From an uncultured bacterium (GTDB lineage: Bacteria > Hydrothermota > Hydrothermia > LBFQ01), in assembly GCA_964473735.1 (NCBI GenBank), contig CAYYQD010000003.1:1-60124 (forward strand): a stretch of DNA of 60,124 bases. Direction: 5' to 3'. Below the pieces are notes generated by a model, which did not search any database, was not told the DNA's origin, and worked only from the letters and a program-made list of their open reading frames with translations. The position numbers were made by a program, and so were the translations under genes. Position 1 is the first letter of the stretch; every line of letters starts with the position of its first letter. Below are positions 43,232 to 52,549 of this stretch, one piece after another.

Positions 43232-44564
43232 AGTCGTTTCCCTCCGTTTCGTCGTAATCTCCAGCCTTTATATCCTCCCCCTTAAGGGCGCGGTTTATGA
43301 AGGTAAAGGACTTCTTAAGCCTCACGTACAGCCACGTGCTGTGGAGCCCGGGGAAGAGCTCCGCGGGGTAGCCTATGGCTCCGTCAAACTCCACATATAC
43401 GAGGTTATCCCTCGGAAAACCTTTGTCCAACAGAGCCTGCTTAAAGCCCCTGTTGTGGGAGAGTAGGGTTAGCTCGTCCTTCTTACCCACGTCTATATAC
43501 ACCTTGGTGTTCCTGAAGGCGGCGGCGTCCCTGACCAGGGCGGTGTCTATGAGGGTCTGGGGGTCGTGGTAGGCCTTCCATACGCAGTAGGTCTCCGTGA
43601 GGGCCCTCTTGGTGAAGTTGTCGGGGAGGGCGGGGTCAACGCAGGAAGCCAGCGGTTTGCCGGCGGTGTCGTACGTGAAGGGGAACCTGACACCCACGCA
43701 CAGCTTCATGCTCATGGCGGTCAGGGTGTCAAGGAGGACCTCTCCGTTCGTGGAGTCAAGGCCGTTGGGGGAATAAAAGCAGTTATCAATCACCCTCCAA
43801 TCGGTGGGGTCCTGATAGGCGACTATGCGGGGGCTGAAGGCCGCGGAGAGACCGTTGCCCAGTGTGGCCCATATCCTCTCCCTGCCCAAGTAGTCCTTTA
43901 TCCAGAGGGGTAGCCTGCGGTTGCTGAAGTCGGAGAGCATACTGTCAATGATATTAACGTCTATGAGGGAATCAAAGGCCAGAGGTCCGGAGTGGAGAGC
44001 GACGGCCTTGAACTTACCCGGGTACTTGAGCCATAGCTTGGCGGAACCGTAGGAGCCCATGGACAGACCCATAATGGCCCTCTTGGTGGTGTCTATGGGG
44101 TACCGCCGCTCTATCTGGGGCATGAGGCTGTCCATTACGTAGGTCTCGTAGAGACCAAATACGGGGAATGGGGCGTAGGAGTTGGAGGAGGGGTCGTAGA
44201 GGAGGCTGTTGGTGTAGAAGGAGCCTCCGACGAGGTTGCGGCCGTCCGGCATCACCACTATCACGGGGTCCATCTGTCCGGTGGAGATCATGTGATCCAG
44301 AATCTCATGAACGCCGTTGAAGTAAATGTAGGTGCGGTAATCCCCTCCGAAGCCGTGGAGCATGTAAATGACGGGATACTTCTTGTTGGGGTCGTAGTTG
44401 GGTGGAAGATAGACCAGGACCTTAGTATTCACTATGCCCATCGTGGGGTCAACGTTTATGCTCACCTCCTCGTAGGTTCCGTGATTGACGGTTATCTCTT
44501 CGGTCTTCTTACATCCCTGCAGGATGAGGAAACCCCCTAAAAAGTACAGGACCACTTTACGCAT
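43224..44564 (-). CDS. lipoprotein esterase (esterase D / 'putative esterase' alpha/beta-hydrolase family)
   Basis: Lipobox 'ILQGCKK'. 'YPVIYMLHGFGGDYRTY', 'VVMPDG', and the nucleophile elbow 'GLSMGSYG'. Confidence 0.8.
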   Translation of the reverse strand: MRKVVLYFLGGFLILQGCKKTEEITVNHGTYEEVSINVDPTMGIVNTKVLVYLPPNYDPNKKYPVIYMLHGFGGDYRTYIYFNGVHEILDHMISTGQMDPVIVVMPDGRNLVGGSFYTNSLLYDPSSNSYAPFPVFGLYETYVMDSLMPQIERRYPIDTTKRAIMGLSMGSYGSAKLWLKYPGKFKAVALHSGPLAFDSLIDVNIIDSMLSDFSNRRLPLWIKDYLGRERIWATLGNGLSAAFSPRIVAYQDPTDWRVIDNCFYSPNGLDSTNGEVLLDTLTAMSMKLCVGVRFPFTYDTAGKPLASCVDPALPDNFTKRALTETYCVWKAYHDPQTLIDTALVRDAAAFRNTKVYIDVGKKDELTLLSHNRGFKQALLDKGFPRDNLVYVEFDGAIGYPAELFPGLHSTWLYVRLKKSFTFINRALKGEDIKAGDYDETEGNDYE

Positions 44565-44572
44565 AGGCTGGG

Positions 44573-44578
44573 ATTATA
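44573..44578 (-). promoter_or_regulatory. -10 box TATAAT, 8 nt before ATG 44564 (esterase-nuoC unit)
   Basis: The minus strand reads cagTATAATcccagcctATG. Confidence 0.55.
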
Positions 44579-44736
44579 CTGGTGAAGGGTTGAGGTACGT
44601 CCTCCACCCCGGGGAACGTTGGCCGTCGGGAGCTCCGGGAGGCAACGCTCGCGTATAAATCGTACAATACTGGTGCGAATTTCAACGTCCGTCCATGCCC
44701 TTGGAAACGTATCCCGGGATTTTCATATAGTATTCA

Positions 44737-44757
44737 AATTTATGACGAATTTATGAC
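44737..44757 (+). promoter_or_regulatory. tandem AATTTATGAC-g-AATTTATGAC direct repeat upstream of the peroxiredoxin promoter
   Basis: Two identical 10-mers with an 11-nt period, about 55-75 nt upstream of the -10 at 44812. Candidate operator. Confidence 0.35.
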
Positions 44758-44811
44758 ACATACACCGTATAAATCTCCCAAAAACCGACCTTAGGGGTCG
44801 GGATTCGGCCT

Positions 44812-44817
44812 TAGAAT
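44812..44817 (+). promoter_or_regulatory. -10 box TAGAAT with a conventional leader (AGGAGG at 44831..44836, ATG 44844; peroxiredoxin)
   Basis: cctTAGAATatcctcttcaaaaAGGAGGtaagaagATG. This is the only promoter-proximal gene here with an SD-bearing leader. Confidence 0.5.
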
Positions 44818-44843
44818 ATCCTCTTCAAAAAGGAGGTAAGAAG

Positions 44844-45488
44844 ATGAAGCTGATAGGCGATAGGTTTCCGGAGCTTGAGGTGGATACCACCCACGGCAGG
44901 ATAAAGCTCCCGGAGCACTTCTCCGGGAAGTGGTTCATCCTCTTTAGCCATCCCGCCGACTTCACTCCCGTCTGTACGACGGAGTTCTACTCCTTCCAGA
45001 AACACTACGACGAGTTCCGCTCCTTGGGTGCCGAGCTGATAGGCCTCTCCGTGGATCAGGTCTTCTCCCACATCAAGTGGGCGGAGTGGATAGAGGAGAA
45101 GCTCGGTCTGAAGATAGAGTTCCCCATAATCGCGGACCACACCCTTGACGTGTCCAGGGAGCTGGGTCTGATACATCCCAACAAGGATACGACCACCGTG
45201 CGGGCCGTCTTCTTCGTGGACCCCAACGCCATAATCCGCGCCATCATATACTACCCGCAGGAGATAGGTCGGAGCATCCCCGAGATAGTGCGCGTCCTCA
45301 AGGCCCTGAAGACCTTTGATGAGAAGAAGCTGGCCGTGCCCGCCAACTGGCCACAGAACGAGCTCATAGGGGACGGTCTCATAGTGCCACCGGCCAAGAG
45401 CGTAGAGGACGCTAAGAAGAGGTTGGAGGCCGCCCAGAAGGGCGAGTACGAGTGCTACGACTGGTGGTTCTGCCACAAGAAAGTCTGA
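44844..45488 (+). CDS. peroxiredoxin (1-Cys / Prx6-type)
   Basis: '[18 protein letters not shown]' is the peroxidatic-Cys motif. 214-aa length. AGGAGG SD. Confidence 0.95.
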   Translation: MKLIGDRFPELEVDTTHGRIKLPEHFSGKWFILFSHPADFTPVCTTEFYSFQKHYDEFRSLGAELIGLSVDQVFSHIKWAEWIEEKLGLKIEFPIIADHTLDVSRELGLIHPNKDTTTVRAVFFVDPNAIIRAIIYYPQEIGRSIPEIVRVLKALKTFDEKKLAVPANWPQNELIGDGLIVPPAKSVEDAKKRLEAAQKGEYECYDWWFCHKKV

Positions 45489-45509
45489 GGTAGAGGTATC
45501 CGAGGCTAC

Positions 45510-45538
45510 GGGGGGCCACGGCCCCCCGTTTTCTTTTT
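45510..45538 (+). terminator. rho-independent terminator after the peroxiredoxin gene
   Basis: ggggggcc-ac-ggcccccc followed by gttttcttttt. Confidence 0.8.
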
Positions 45539-45560
45539 GACTTTGCGGCACCATCACCTT

Positions 45561-45566
45561 TAAAAT
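45561..45566 (+). promoter_or_regulatory. -10 box TAAAAT, 9 nt before ATG 45576
   Basis: cttTAAAATtcccttaccATG. Confidence 0.5.
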
Positions 45567-45575
45567 TCCCTTACC

Positions 45576-46373
45576 ATGCGTAGGATACTTTTGACTCTCG
45601 CTGTGCTGGGTCTCGTGGCGTCCTGTAAGAAGAGCCCCACGGGGCCGGAGCCGGGACCCGGGCCTTCCCCATCTCCCACCCCCACGCCGGAGAGTACGGT
45701 CGTCTACTTCGGTCTGGACAGTACCTTTATCTACAGGGACAGCACCTATATATTCAGCTCGGACAGCTCCTCCGTAGACACGCTCAAGCGCACCTTCTTT
45801 GATGCCATAACTTCGGGTACGTTCCTTATGGTTCCCTTCAGGGATTCCACCTACTCCAGCGGTCAGGTCAGGGACGACACCTTCAAAGTCAGCGGCGACT
45901 CCCTGTACCTCCGCATAAGGTTCAGTATGGACACCATAAGCCTGGGTGTGGTTCTGGACTACCTGGTGGGCGTTAAGCCCCTTGAGGTGGGTCAGACGTG
46001 GTCGCCTCTAAGGACGACCACCTACCCCCTGACGGACTCCCTGATAAGCCCCCAGACCGGATGTACCCTGTTCGTCTATTTTGACTCCCTGAAGATAGAC
46101 TCCTCCCGGGCCCACGTGCAGGATACCCTCACCGTTACCACGCCCCTTGACACCTACACGGGCGCCTACAGGGTGATATACGAGAACTACCTCAACCTAT
46201 TCTTCCACACGCAGGGGTGTTTAACCCTTAACGGTTCGGCCAGCATAACCATGAAGGACACCTCCTACTACAAGACGTACTACGGTCTCGTACGGTCGGA
46301 CGTCTTTACGAAGGTCGTATCGCTGGTCAGTACGGACTCCACGAAGGTACACAGGGTGCTGGTGGGGAGGTGA
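45576..46373 (+). CDS. lipoprotein of unknown function
   Basis: 'LAVLGLVASCKK' lipobox, then a Pro-rich linker (GPEPGPGPSPSPTPTPE). No domain recognised. Confidence 0.5.
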   Translation: MRRILLTLAVLGLVASCKKSPTGPEPGPGPSPSPTPTPESTVVYFGLDSTFIYRDSTYIFSSDSSSVDTLKRTFFDAITSGTFLMVPFRDSTYSSGQVRDDTFKVSGDSLYLRIRFSMDTISLGVVLDYLVGVKPLEVGQTWSPLRTTTYPLTDSLISPQTGCTLFVYFDSLKIDSSRAHVQDTLTVTTPLDTYTGAYRVIYENYLNLFFHTQGCLTLNGSASITMKDTSYYKTYYGLVRSDVFTKVVSLVSTDSTKVHRVLVGR

Positions 46374-46615
46374 GCATGGAGATCACGGCCGACACGACGG
46401 TTGAGGAGGTCGTCCTGCGGTACCCTGACTCCGTGGATATCTTCTTTAAGTACGGTATCCCCGCCATAGCCTGTGGCTCCCCCATCTGGGGTACGATAGG
46501 GGAGAACGCCGAGAAGTACGGGGTTGAGGACCTGGAGGGTCTCCTCAGGGAGCTGAACGAGTTGGCCCGTAGTAAGGGAGGTAAGATAGACATCAGGCTG
46601 ACGCCCGGTACGTGA
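46370..46615 (+). CDS. DUF1858-type small redox-associated protein
   Basis: 81 aa. 'ITADTTVEEVVLRYPDSVDIFFKYGIPAIACG...' resembles the hybrid-cluster-protein-associated DUF1858 domain. Confidence 0.65.
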   Translation: MSMEITADTTVEEVVLRYPDSVDIFFKYGIPAIACGSPIWGTIGENAEKYGVEDLEGLLRELNELARSKGGKIDIRLTPGT

Positions 46616-47088
46616 TGGAGGACCTGCGGTGCCTTAAGAGGGTGATGGTGGGTGAGGGCCTTACGGTTGCGACGGCCGAGTCCTGTACGGGTGGGGCCCT
46701 CGCCCATACCCTGACCTCAATTCCCGGTTCCTCGGACTACTTCCGGGGTGGGGTGGTGGCTTACTCCACGGACGTAAAGGTCAGGCTCCTCGGGGTCAGA
46801 GAGGAGACCGTGAGAGAGTTCTCCGTATACTCCGTTCAGACGGTCAGGGAAATGGCCTACGGGGTAAGGGACCTTATGGGTACGGACGTTGCCATAGCCA
46901 CGAGCGGTGAGTTCAACGGTAGGGGGTACTTCTTCTACTGCATCATCACACCGGAGGGTGAGGAGACGGGCAGGGTAGAGGTGGAAGGGGATAGGGTCGC
47001 CATGAAGGAGGAGGCCGTCAGGTTCCTGTTGAGGAGGTTACTCCTACTACTCCTCAGGTCCCGACCTTATAGTACTTCGGGTCCTTAG
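46612..47088 (+). CDS. pncC: CinA C-terminal-domain protein (nicotinamide-nucleotide amidohydrolase PncC-like)
   Basis: 'LTVATAESCTGGALAHTLTSIPGSSDYFRGGVVAYS' is the CinA/PncC signature. Confidence 0.85.
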   Translation: MMEDLRCLKRVMVGEGLTVATAESCTGGALAHTLTSIPGSSDYFRGGVVAYSTDVKVRLLGVREETVREFSVYSVQTVREMAYGVRDLMGTDVAIATSGEFNGRGYFFYCIITPEGEETGRVEVEGDRVAMKEEAVRFLLRRLLLLLLRSRPYSTSGP

Positions 47089-47986
47089 GCTCGGCCACTA
47101 TCCGGTCCGTTATCTGGGAGACTAAACCTGTCAGGACCCTCCCCGGACCTACCTCCCACATCCTCCCCACTCCCATCCCCACGGCCTCCTTAACCATATC
47201 CACGAATCGCACCGGGGAGGATAGCTGACGGGAAACGGCCCGTTTTACCTCCTCGGCCGTCGTGGCCACCTTCCCGGTGGTGTTCATGATGATGGGGACG
47301 ACGGGGTCCCGGAACTTTATCCCATCCAGCACCTTTGCCAGCCTCTCCGAGGCGTCCTTAACTAAGGGAGAGTGGGAGGCGAAGCTTATCTTCAGTCTTA
47401 CGGCCCTGACGCGGGCCCTCATCCTTCTGGCCTGTTTCTCTACGAACTCCACCACCTTCTCCAGATCCACCCTGTACCCCGATAGCACGACCTGTTTGGG
47501 GGAGTTGTAGTTAGAGATGACCACCTTACCGGGGGATAACCTGCGGAGTATATCCTCCACCATCCGCAGGACGTTCTCCCCTAAGAGCGCCACCATACCC
47601 CCCTCGCCACCGGAGTTCTCCACTATTATCCTGCCTCTCTCAAGGACGAGGCTCAGGGCCGTTTCAAAGTCTATAACCCCTGCAGCGTACAGTGCGGCGA
47701 GCTCTCCAAGGCTGTGCCCCATAACCACGTCCGGACCCCTACCGACGGACAGGGTGTCGTACAGGGCAGCCTCGTACAGGAAGAGGGCCGGGTGGGTGTT
47801 CTCCGTGCGTTTCAGGTCCTCCTCCGTGGCCTCGGTCAGGAGCGGAAGTAGGGAGCGACCCGTTATTCTCTCGGCGCGTCTCACCGTGCTGAGGGCGTCC
47901 GGGTAGGCCTGAAAGAGAAACCTCCCCATCCCCGCGTACTGACTTCCCTGTCCGGGGAAGGCAAAAAGCAGTCTTCCCTCTCTCAT
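47054..47986 (-). CDS. fabD: malonyl-CoA:ACP transacylase
   Basis: 'FAFPGQGSQYAGMG' and the active-site 'GHSLGE'. Confidence 0.95.
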   Translation of the reverse strand: MREGRLLFAFPGQGSQYAGMGRFLFQAYPDALSTVRRAERITGRSLLPLLTEATEEDLKRTENTHPALFLYEAALYDTLSVGRGPDVVMGHSLGELAALYAAGVIDFETALSLVLERGRIIVENSGGEGGMVALLGENVLRMVEDILRRLSPGKVVISNYNSPKQVVLSGYRVDLEKVVEFVEKQARRMRARVRAVRLKISFASHSPLVKDASERLAKVLDGIKFRDPVVPIIMNTTGKVATTAEEVKRAVSRQLSSPVRFVDMVKEAVGMGVGRMWEVGPGRVLTGLVSQITDRIVAEPKDPKYYKVGT

Positions 47987-50121
47987 TGCGTCTCCTCCGG
48001 GGCCTCTTCGGTTAGGGTCCGTGGCCTCTCCACCCTCGTATATATCTCAAACACGTCCCCCGGCTTGAACTTGTTGAAGCTCTCTAACCTTACACCGCAC
48101 TCGTACCCCTCCTGTACCTCCCTGACGTCGTCTTTGTACCTCTTGAGGGAGGCTATCCGACTCTGGGCTATTACTTCACCGTCCCTGACGACCTTCACAA
48201 GGGCATCACGGGTTATCTTGCCGGACCTGACGAAGCAACCGGCCACCGTCCCGGCCTTGGTGCTGAAGGTGGCCTTTACCTCGGCCTCCCCTATCTTGAC
48301 CTCCTCAACCTCGGGCTCAAGGTTGCTGGCCAGAATGTTCTTGAGGTCGTCCAGCAGGTGGTATATCACCTTGTGGGTCCGGATGGGTACCCCTCTCTCC
48401 TCGGCGCGCTGGCGGGCGTTCCCGTTCACCTTGGTGTTGAAACCCAATATGACGCCCTCGGAGGCCGTGGCGAGGTCCACGTCCGTCTCGGTTATGGGGC
48501 CAACCGCCGCGTGTATGACCTGAGGCTCTATCTCCCTGTACCTCATCCTCTGGATGGCCTGTACCAGCGCCTCAACGGACCCCTGGGTGTCGGCCTTGAC
48601 TATCACGGGTACCTTCAGCTTCTCGCCGGCCTTCAGCTTCTCCTGTATGCGGCGCATTATCTTCACGTCTATCCTCTTCTCTATCTGGTACTTCATCGTC
48701 TTGCGGTACTCCTCCGCCCTCTCCTTCGCCTCCTGAATAGACGGCAACACTATGAGGAAATCGCCGGCCCTCGGTACCTCTTCAAACCCCTGCACCACGA
48801 CCGGAGTGGCAGGGGTGGCCTCCTCTACCCTGCGGTTGGCCTCGTCGTACATGGCCCGGACCTTCCCGTAAGTGGGGCCACACCAGAAGGCATCCCCCAC
48901 CTTGAGGGTACCCTTCTGCACTATAACGCTGCCGAGGGGCCCCCTGCCCTTGGTGTCCATGCGGGACTCTATCACTACGGCCTTAGCCGGTCCCTTGTAA
49001 GGGGCCTTGATCTCCAGCTCCTCCGCCTTCAGGATTATGGCATCCAGCAGGTCCTCTATCCCTATCTTCTTCAGCGCGGAGACCTCAACCGTTATGGTGT
49101 CCCCTCCGTACTCCTCCGGTACCAGGCCGTACTTCATCAGCTGGTTCTTTACCATCATGGGATCGGCCCCCGGCACGTCTATCTTGTTTATGGCGACGAT
49201 TATCGGGACTCCTGCCGTCTTGGCGTGGTTTATGGCCTCAACCGTCTGGGGTTTCACACCCTCGTTGGCGGCCACCACCAAGACCACCATGTCCGTCACC
49301 TGCGCGCCTCTGGCCCTCATCTCCGTAAAGGCCTCATGTCCGGGCGTGTCTATGAAGATTATCTCGTAGTCTCCCTTCCTTACCCTCCACGCCCCTATGC
49401 TCTGGGTGATACCTCCGGCCTCCTGAGCTGCCACACTCGTACCCCTTATGGCGTCAAGGAGGGTGGTCTTACCGTGGTCCACGTGTCCCATCACGGTGAC
49501 TATTGGGGGTCTCGGTCTCCAGTCGGAGTAAAGGTCCTCGTCCTCTTCCACCAGCTCCTCGGCAGCTTCGGAGTACTCCACCTCAACCCCGAACTCGTGG
49601 GCTAAGACCTCTATCATCTCCGGATCAAGGATGTGGTTTATGGTCAGTAAGGTCCCCATCTCAAAGGCCTTCTTTATCACCTCCTCCGGGTCCCTACCTA
49701 AGGCGTCCGCGAACTCCCTCAGGGCCATTGGCCCCGTTACGATTATCCTATCAACCTGTTTCCTCGGCTCCGTCCTCCTCTCCTTCGGCTTGGGTTTGGT
49801 GCGGCTCTTGGTTAGCTTCTTGGTGTGGCGAGGCCCCCTCTCGTACCTCCTGCGCTCGTCCTTCTTCTTCTCCCTCCTCTGCTGTTGGGTTGCGGGTGAA
49901 GGTTTGTATATCTGCTTCTTAACGTGCAGCTCTTTGGAGATCTGGCGGCGCTGCTCCTCTATCTTCCTTCGCACCAGCATCTCCATCTCTCTGTTCAGGT
50001 TGTGGGTCCTACTGCGTACGTGCTTGTAGCCGTTCTCCCGCAGTATCTGTATTATAACCTTCGGGTCCACCTTGAGCTCTTCCGCCAGCTCGTACAGTGG
50101 AACCGGTCCCTTCCTACGCAT
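47983..50121 (-). CDS. infB: translation initiation factor IF-2
   Basis: GTPase motifs 'GHVDHGKTT', 'DTPGH' and 'NKID'. K/R-rich N-terminal region. 712 aa. Confidence 0.95.
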   Translation of the reverse strand: MRRKGPVPLYELAEELKVDPKVIIQILRENGYKHVRSRTHNLNREMEMLVRRKIEEQRRQISKELHVKKQIYKPSPATQQQRREKKKDERRRYERGPRHTKKLTKSRTKPKPKERRTEPRKQVDRIIVTGPMALREFADALGRDPEEVIKKAFEMGTLLTINHILDPEMIEVLAHEFGVEVEYSEAAEELVEEDEDLYSDWRPRPPIVTVMGHVDHGKTTLLDAIRGTSVAAQEAGGITQSIGAWRVRKGDYEIIFIDTPGHEAFTEMRARGAQVTDMVVLVVAANEGVKPQTVEAINHAKTAGVPIIVAINKIDVPGADPMMVKNQLMKYGLVPEEYGGDTITVEVSALKKIGIEDLLDAIILKAEELEIKAPYKGPAKAVVIESRMDTKGRGPLGSVIVQKGTLKVGDAFWCGPTYGKVRAMYDEANRRVEEATPATPVVVQGFEEVPRAGDFLIVLPSIQEAKERAEEYRKTMKYQIEKRIDVKIMRRIQEKLKAGEKLKVPVIVKADTQGSVEALVQAIQRMRYREIEPQVIHAAVGPITETDVDLATASEGVILGFNTKVNGNARQRAEERGVPIRTHKVIYHLLDDLKNILASNLEPEVEEVKIGEAEVKATFSTKAGTVAGCFVRSGKITRDALVKVVRDGEVIAQSRIASLKRYKDDVREVQEGYECGVRLESFNKFKPGDVFEIYTRVERPRTLTEEAPEETQ

Positions 50122-51358
50122 TATCCGAACTCTCCTTCTTTTCCTCTTCTACCGTGATTTTCCTTGACTCCTTCTCCCTTAGCGCATCCTCTATGGTATC
50201 AAGGACACGTATGGCCGTAGCCTCATCCACATCTAAGAGGCGCTGGACGTGGACGAGAGGGGGGAGCTTCCTGAAATACACCAGAGCGGCCCTCTTCATC
50301 TTCTCGTATATCTGGGGCGTAAGTCTATCCTTCAGGTCGTAGAGGGTAACACCCTCCTCCGGAGGGACGTACTCGGATACGGGCAGGGCCATTATCCTCT
50401 TACCGACCAGACGGGAGGCGAGGATCACGTTTAAGCCCTCCTTGCCCTTAGCCCGGCCTAAGTCGTCCTCGTCCTCGTAGAACACCCTTATCTCGTCTTC
50501 CGTCTCGTAGGCCGCCACGGCGTTCTCCGCCGGCGATAGGGCCAATACGGCGAACCTCACCTTATCGGGGTCGTACTCCACCACCTCCACGTTCTCGTTC
50601 CGGGGCAACCTCCTCTTGAGGTCTCTGAGCCTGAGCCCCTTCTTACCGACCAGACTCGTTACGGGATTCACGAAGGGATCGGTGGTGGATACGGCGACCT
50701 TCGTCATTATGCCGGCCTCACGGGCTATGGCCCTGATCTGGACCGTCCCATCCGCCACCTCCGGTATCTTCTCAAGGAGGGCCCTGACGTAGCTGGGGTG
50801 GGCCCGGGACAGCACGAGGGGGTAAGCGCTCTTCTCCTCTATACTCAAGACTACGGCGTCCAAATCCTGACCGGGGCGGTATATCTCGTCTTTCACCATC
50901 CCGGAGGGCTCTATGCGACCTTCAACGCTCACGTCGTCTACGGTGACGCCCAGGAGTACTCCCTTTCGCTTATCCACCTTCTGTACCTTGCCGGTAACTA
51001 TCTTCCCTATGTAGGGTGTCAGCTTGGCCAGCTTGGACTTCTGGATGTCGTACTTTATCATCTGCACGAAGTAGTTCTTCAGGGTATGCACGTCGTCTAT
51101 GCTCAAGTCCGTCGGGTATATGACCTCGGCCTTCTTATCGTCGTCCGGATACTTCAGGATGACCTTTATGTCCCCTCTGTCAAGGTCTACGTGGGCCTCA
51201 ACCTCCGGTTTGGGATGGGCGTACCTGTACTTGTGCTCAAAGGTGCGCTTCAGGGCCCCCTCCAAGACCTTGGCGACCCGTTTGGAATCCACGCCGTGCC
51301 TGTTGGCGAACTCCTCCAGTGCCAACCGCAGTTCGTCAAACCTTATTCTGGTTTCCAT
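50114..51358 (-). CDS. nusA: transcription termination/antitermination factor NusA
   Basis: N-terminal domain, S1 and KH layout ('GKIVTGKVQKVDKRKGVLLGV', 'RAIAREAGIMTKVAV...VGKKGLRLRDL'). Confidence 0.9.
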   Translation of the reverse strand: METRIRFDELRLALEEFANRHGVDSKRVAKVLEGALKRTFEHKYRYAHPKPEVEAHVDLDRGDIKVILKYPDDDKKAEVIYPTDLSIDDVHTLKNYFVQMIKYDIQKSKLAKLTPYIGKIVTGKVQKVDKRKGVLLGVTVDDVSVEGRIEPSGMVKDEIYRPGQDLDAVVLSIEEKSAYPLVLSRAHPSYVRALLEKIPEVADGTVQIRAIAREAGIMTKVAVSTTDPFVNPVTSLVGKKGLRLRDLKRRLPRNENVEVVEYDPDKVRFAVLALSPAENAVAAYETEDEIRVFYEDEDDLGRAKGKEGLNVILASRLVGKRIMALPVSEYVPPEEGVTLYDLKDRLTPQIYEKMKRAALVYFRKLPPLVHVQRLLDVDEATAIRVLDTIEDALREKESRKITVEEEKKESSDNA

Positions 51359-51371
51359 CCTAACCTCCTTT

Positions 51372-51818
51372 TTAAACCTCGTCCAGCCTGAGGAGGGCCA
51401 CCTCTCCGAGGTTGAAGAACTTTCCGCTAACCCCTACGGTGTTCTCCTCCTCGTTGTAGTAGTCAAGGACCCCTCTGTAGGTCCTCCCGTCCTTCAGCAC
51501 GACCACCACCCTCTTACCCAGGGCCCAGTTTATCTCCCTCGGTTTGGAAAGCCTCCTGTCCAGCCCGGGAGACGACACCTCAAGGACGTAGGACTGCTCT
51601 ATGAAATCCTCGGCGTCCAGCATGTCGGAGTAGGCCCTTGAGAACCTCTCCACGTCCCTTATGGTTATACCCCCTTCCTTGTCCAGAAAGATGCGCAGGG
51701 TACCCTTTTTACCCTCCCTCCACTCCACATCCACGAGGGTAAACCTCATCTCGTTCGCCAGCTTCTCCGCCATCTCCTCCGCCCTCTTCTCTATCTCCCT
51801 TCCTTTCTCTTCGCTCAT
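51372..51818 (-). CDS. rimP: ribosome maturation factor RimP
   Basis: 148 aa. 'LEVSSPGLDRRL' is the RimP motif, and the gene sits directly upstream of nusA. Confidence 0.9.
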   Translation of the reverse strand: MSEEKGREIEKRAEEMAEKLANEMRFTLVDVEWREGKKGTLRIFLDKEGGITIRDVERFSRAYSDMLDAEDFIEQSYVLEVSSPGLDRRLSKPREINWALGKRVVVVLKDGRTYRGVLDYYNEEENTVGVSGKFFNLGEVALLRLDEV

Positions 51819-51829
51819 AATAACTGCGT

Positions 51830-51835
51830 ATTATA
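51830..51835 (-). promoter_or_regulatory. -10 box TATAAT, 11 nt before ATG 51818 (rimP-nusA-infB-fabD)
   Basis: The minus strand reads cgTATAATacgcagttattATG. Confidence 0.5.
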
Positions 51836-51889
51836 CGACGGATACGGAGGACGAATGGATAGAATGAAAATACGGCCCACTTTCAGCCG

Positions 51890-51895
51890 TATAAA
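51890..51895 (+). promoter_or_regulatory. -10-like TATAAA, 6 nt before GTG 51902 (DUF92)
   Basis: cgTATAAAggcaccGTG. Confidence 0.4.
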
Positions 51896-51901
51896 GGCAC
51901 C

Positions 51902-52549
51902 GTGGGGATTCTACTTGCTCTCTCGGTCAGCCTCGCCGTCTCCATAGGGGCGTGGGCTTTCGGATGGATAACCCCGGGGGCCGCTCTGATGGTCTTTTTT
52001 ATGGGTACGGTCGTCATCCTCCGTCTCGGCTGGTTCTGGACGCTCCCTCCCGTACTTTTCTTGGCCGTCGGCTCTCTGTTGTCGGGCGGTAGGAGGGCGA
52101 GGAGGGACGCCCTTCAGGTGTTGGCGAACGGGGGGATGGCCACCCTCTGGGCCCTGTTGGCGGAGCCGGGAGCGTATCTGACGGCCCTCACAGTCGGCTT
52201 CGCCGATACTGTGGCGACGGAGGTGGGTACCCGCCTCTCCCCCCGGGCCTACCTGATAACCGACCTACGAAAGGTGCCTCCGGGTACCTCCGGTGGTGTG
52301 AGTCTTCCCGGGACCTTAGCCGGTTTGGGTGCCGCTCTCCTCATGCTTACCTTCCTTATCCTGTCCGGTGTGGGGCATCCGATTCCCTTCCTTCTCTCCG
52401 CGACGGTGGGACTGTTCTCCGACAGCCTCATAGGGGCCACCCTTGAGAGCAGGGGGCTCTTCGGGAACAACGCGACCAACTTTCTATCTACGGCCACGGG
52501 GAGCTTTCTCTACTTCCTCCTTACCCGTCTCCTCCACACTCCTCTTTGA
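51902..52549 (+). CDS. DUF92/TMEM19-family integral membrane protein
   Basis: Polytopic membrane protein. 'ADTVATEVG' and 'PGTSGGVSLPGTLAGLGAA' resemble DUF92 conserved blocks. Confidence 0.65.
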   Translation: MGILLALSVSLAVSIGAWAFGWITPGAALMVFFMGTVVILRLGWFWTLPPVLFLAVGSLLSGGRRARRDALQVLANGGMATLWALLAEPGAYLTALTVGFADTVATEVGTRLSPRAYLITDLRKVPPGTSGGVSLPGTLAGLGAALLMLTFLILSGVGHPIPFLLSATVGLFSDSLIGATLESRGLFGNNATNFLSTATGSFLYFLLTRLLHTPL

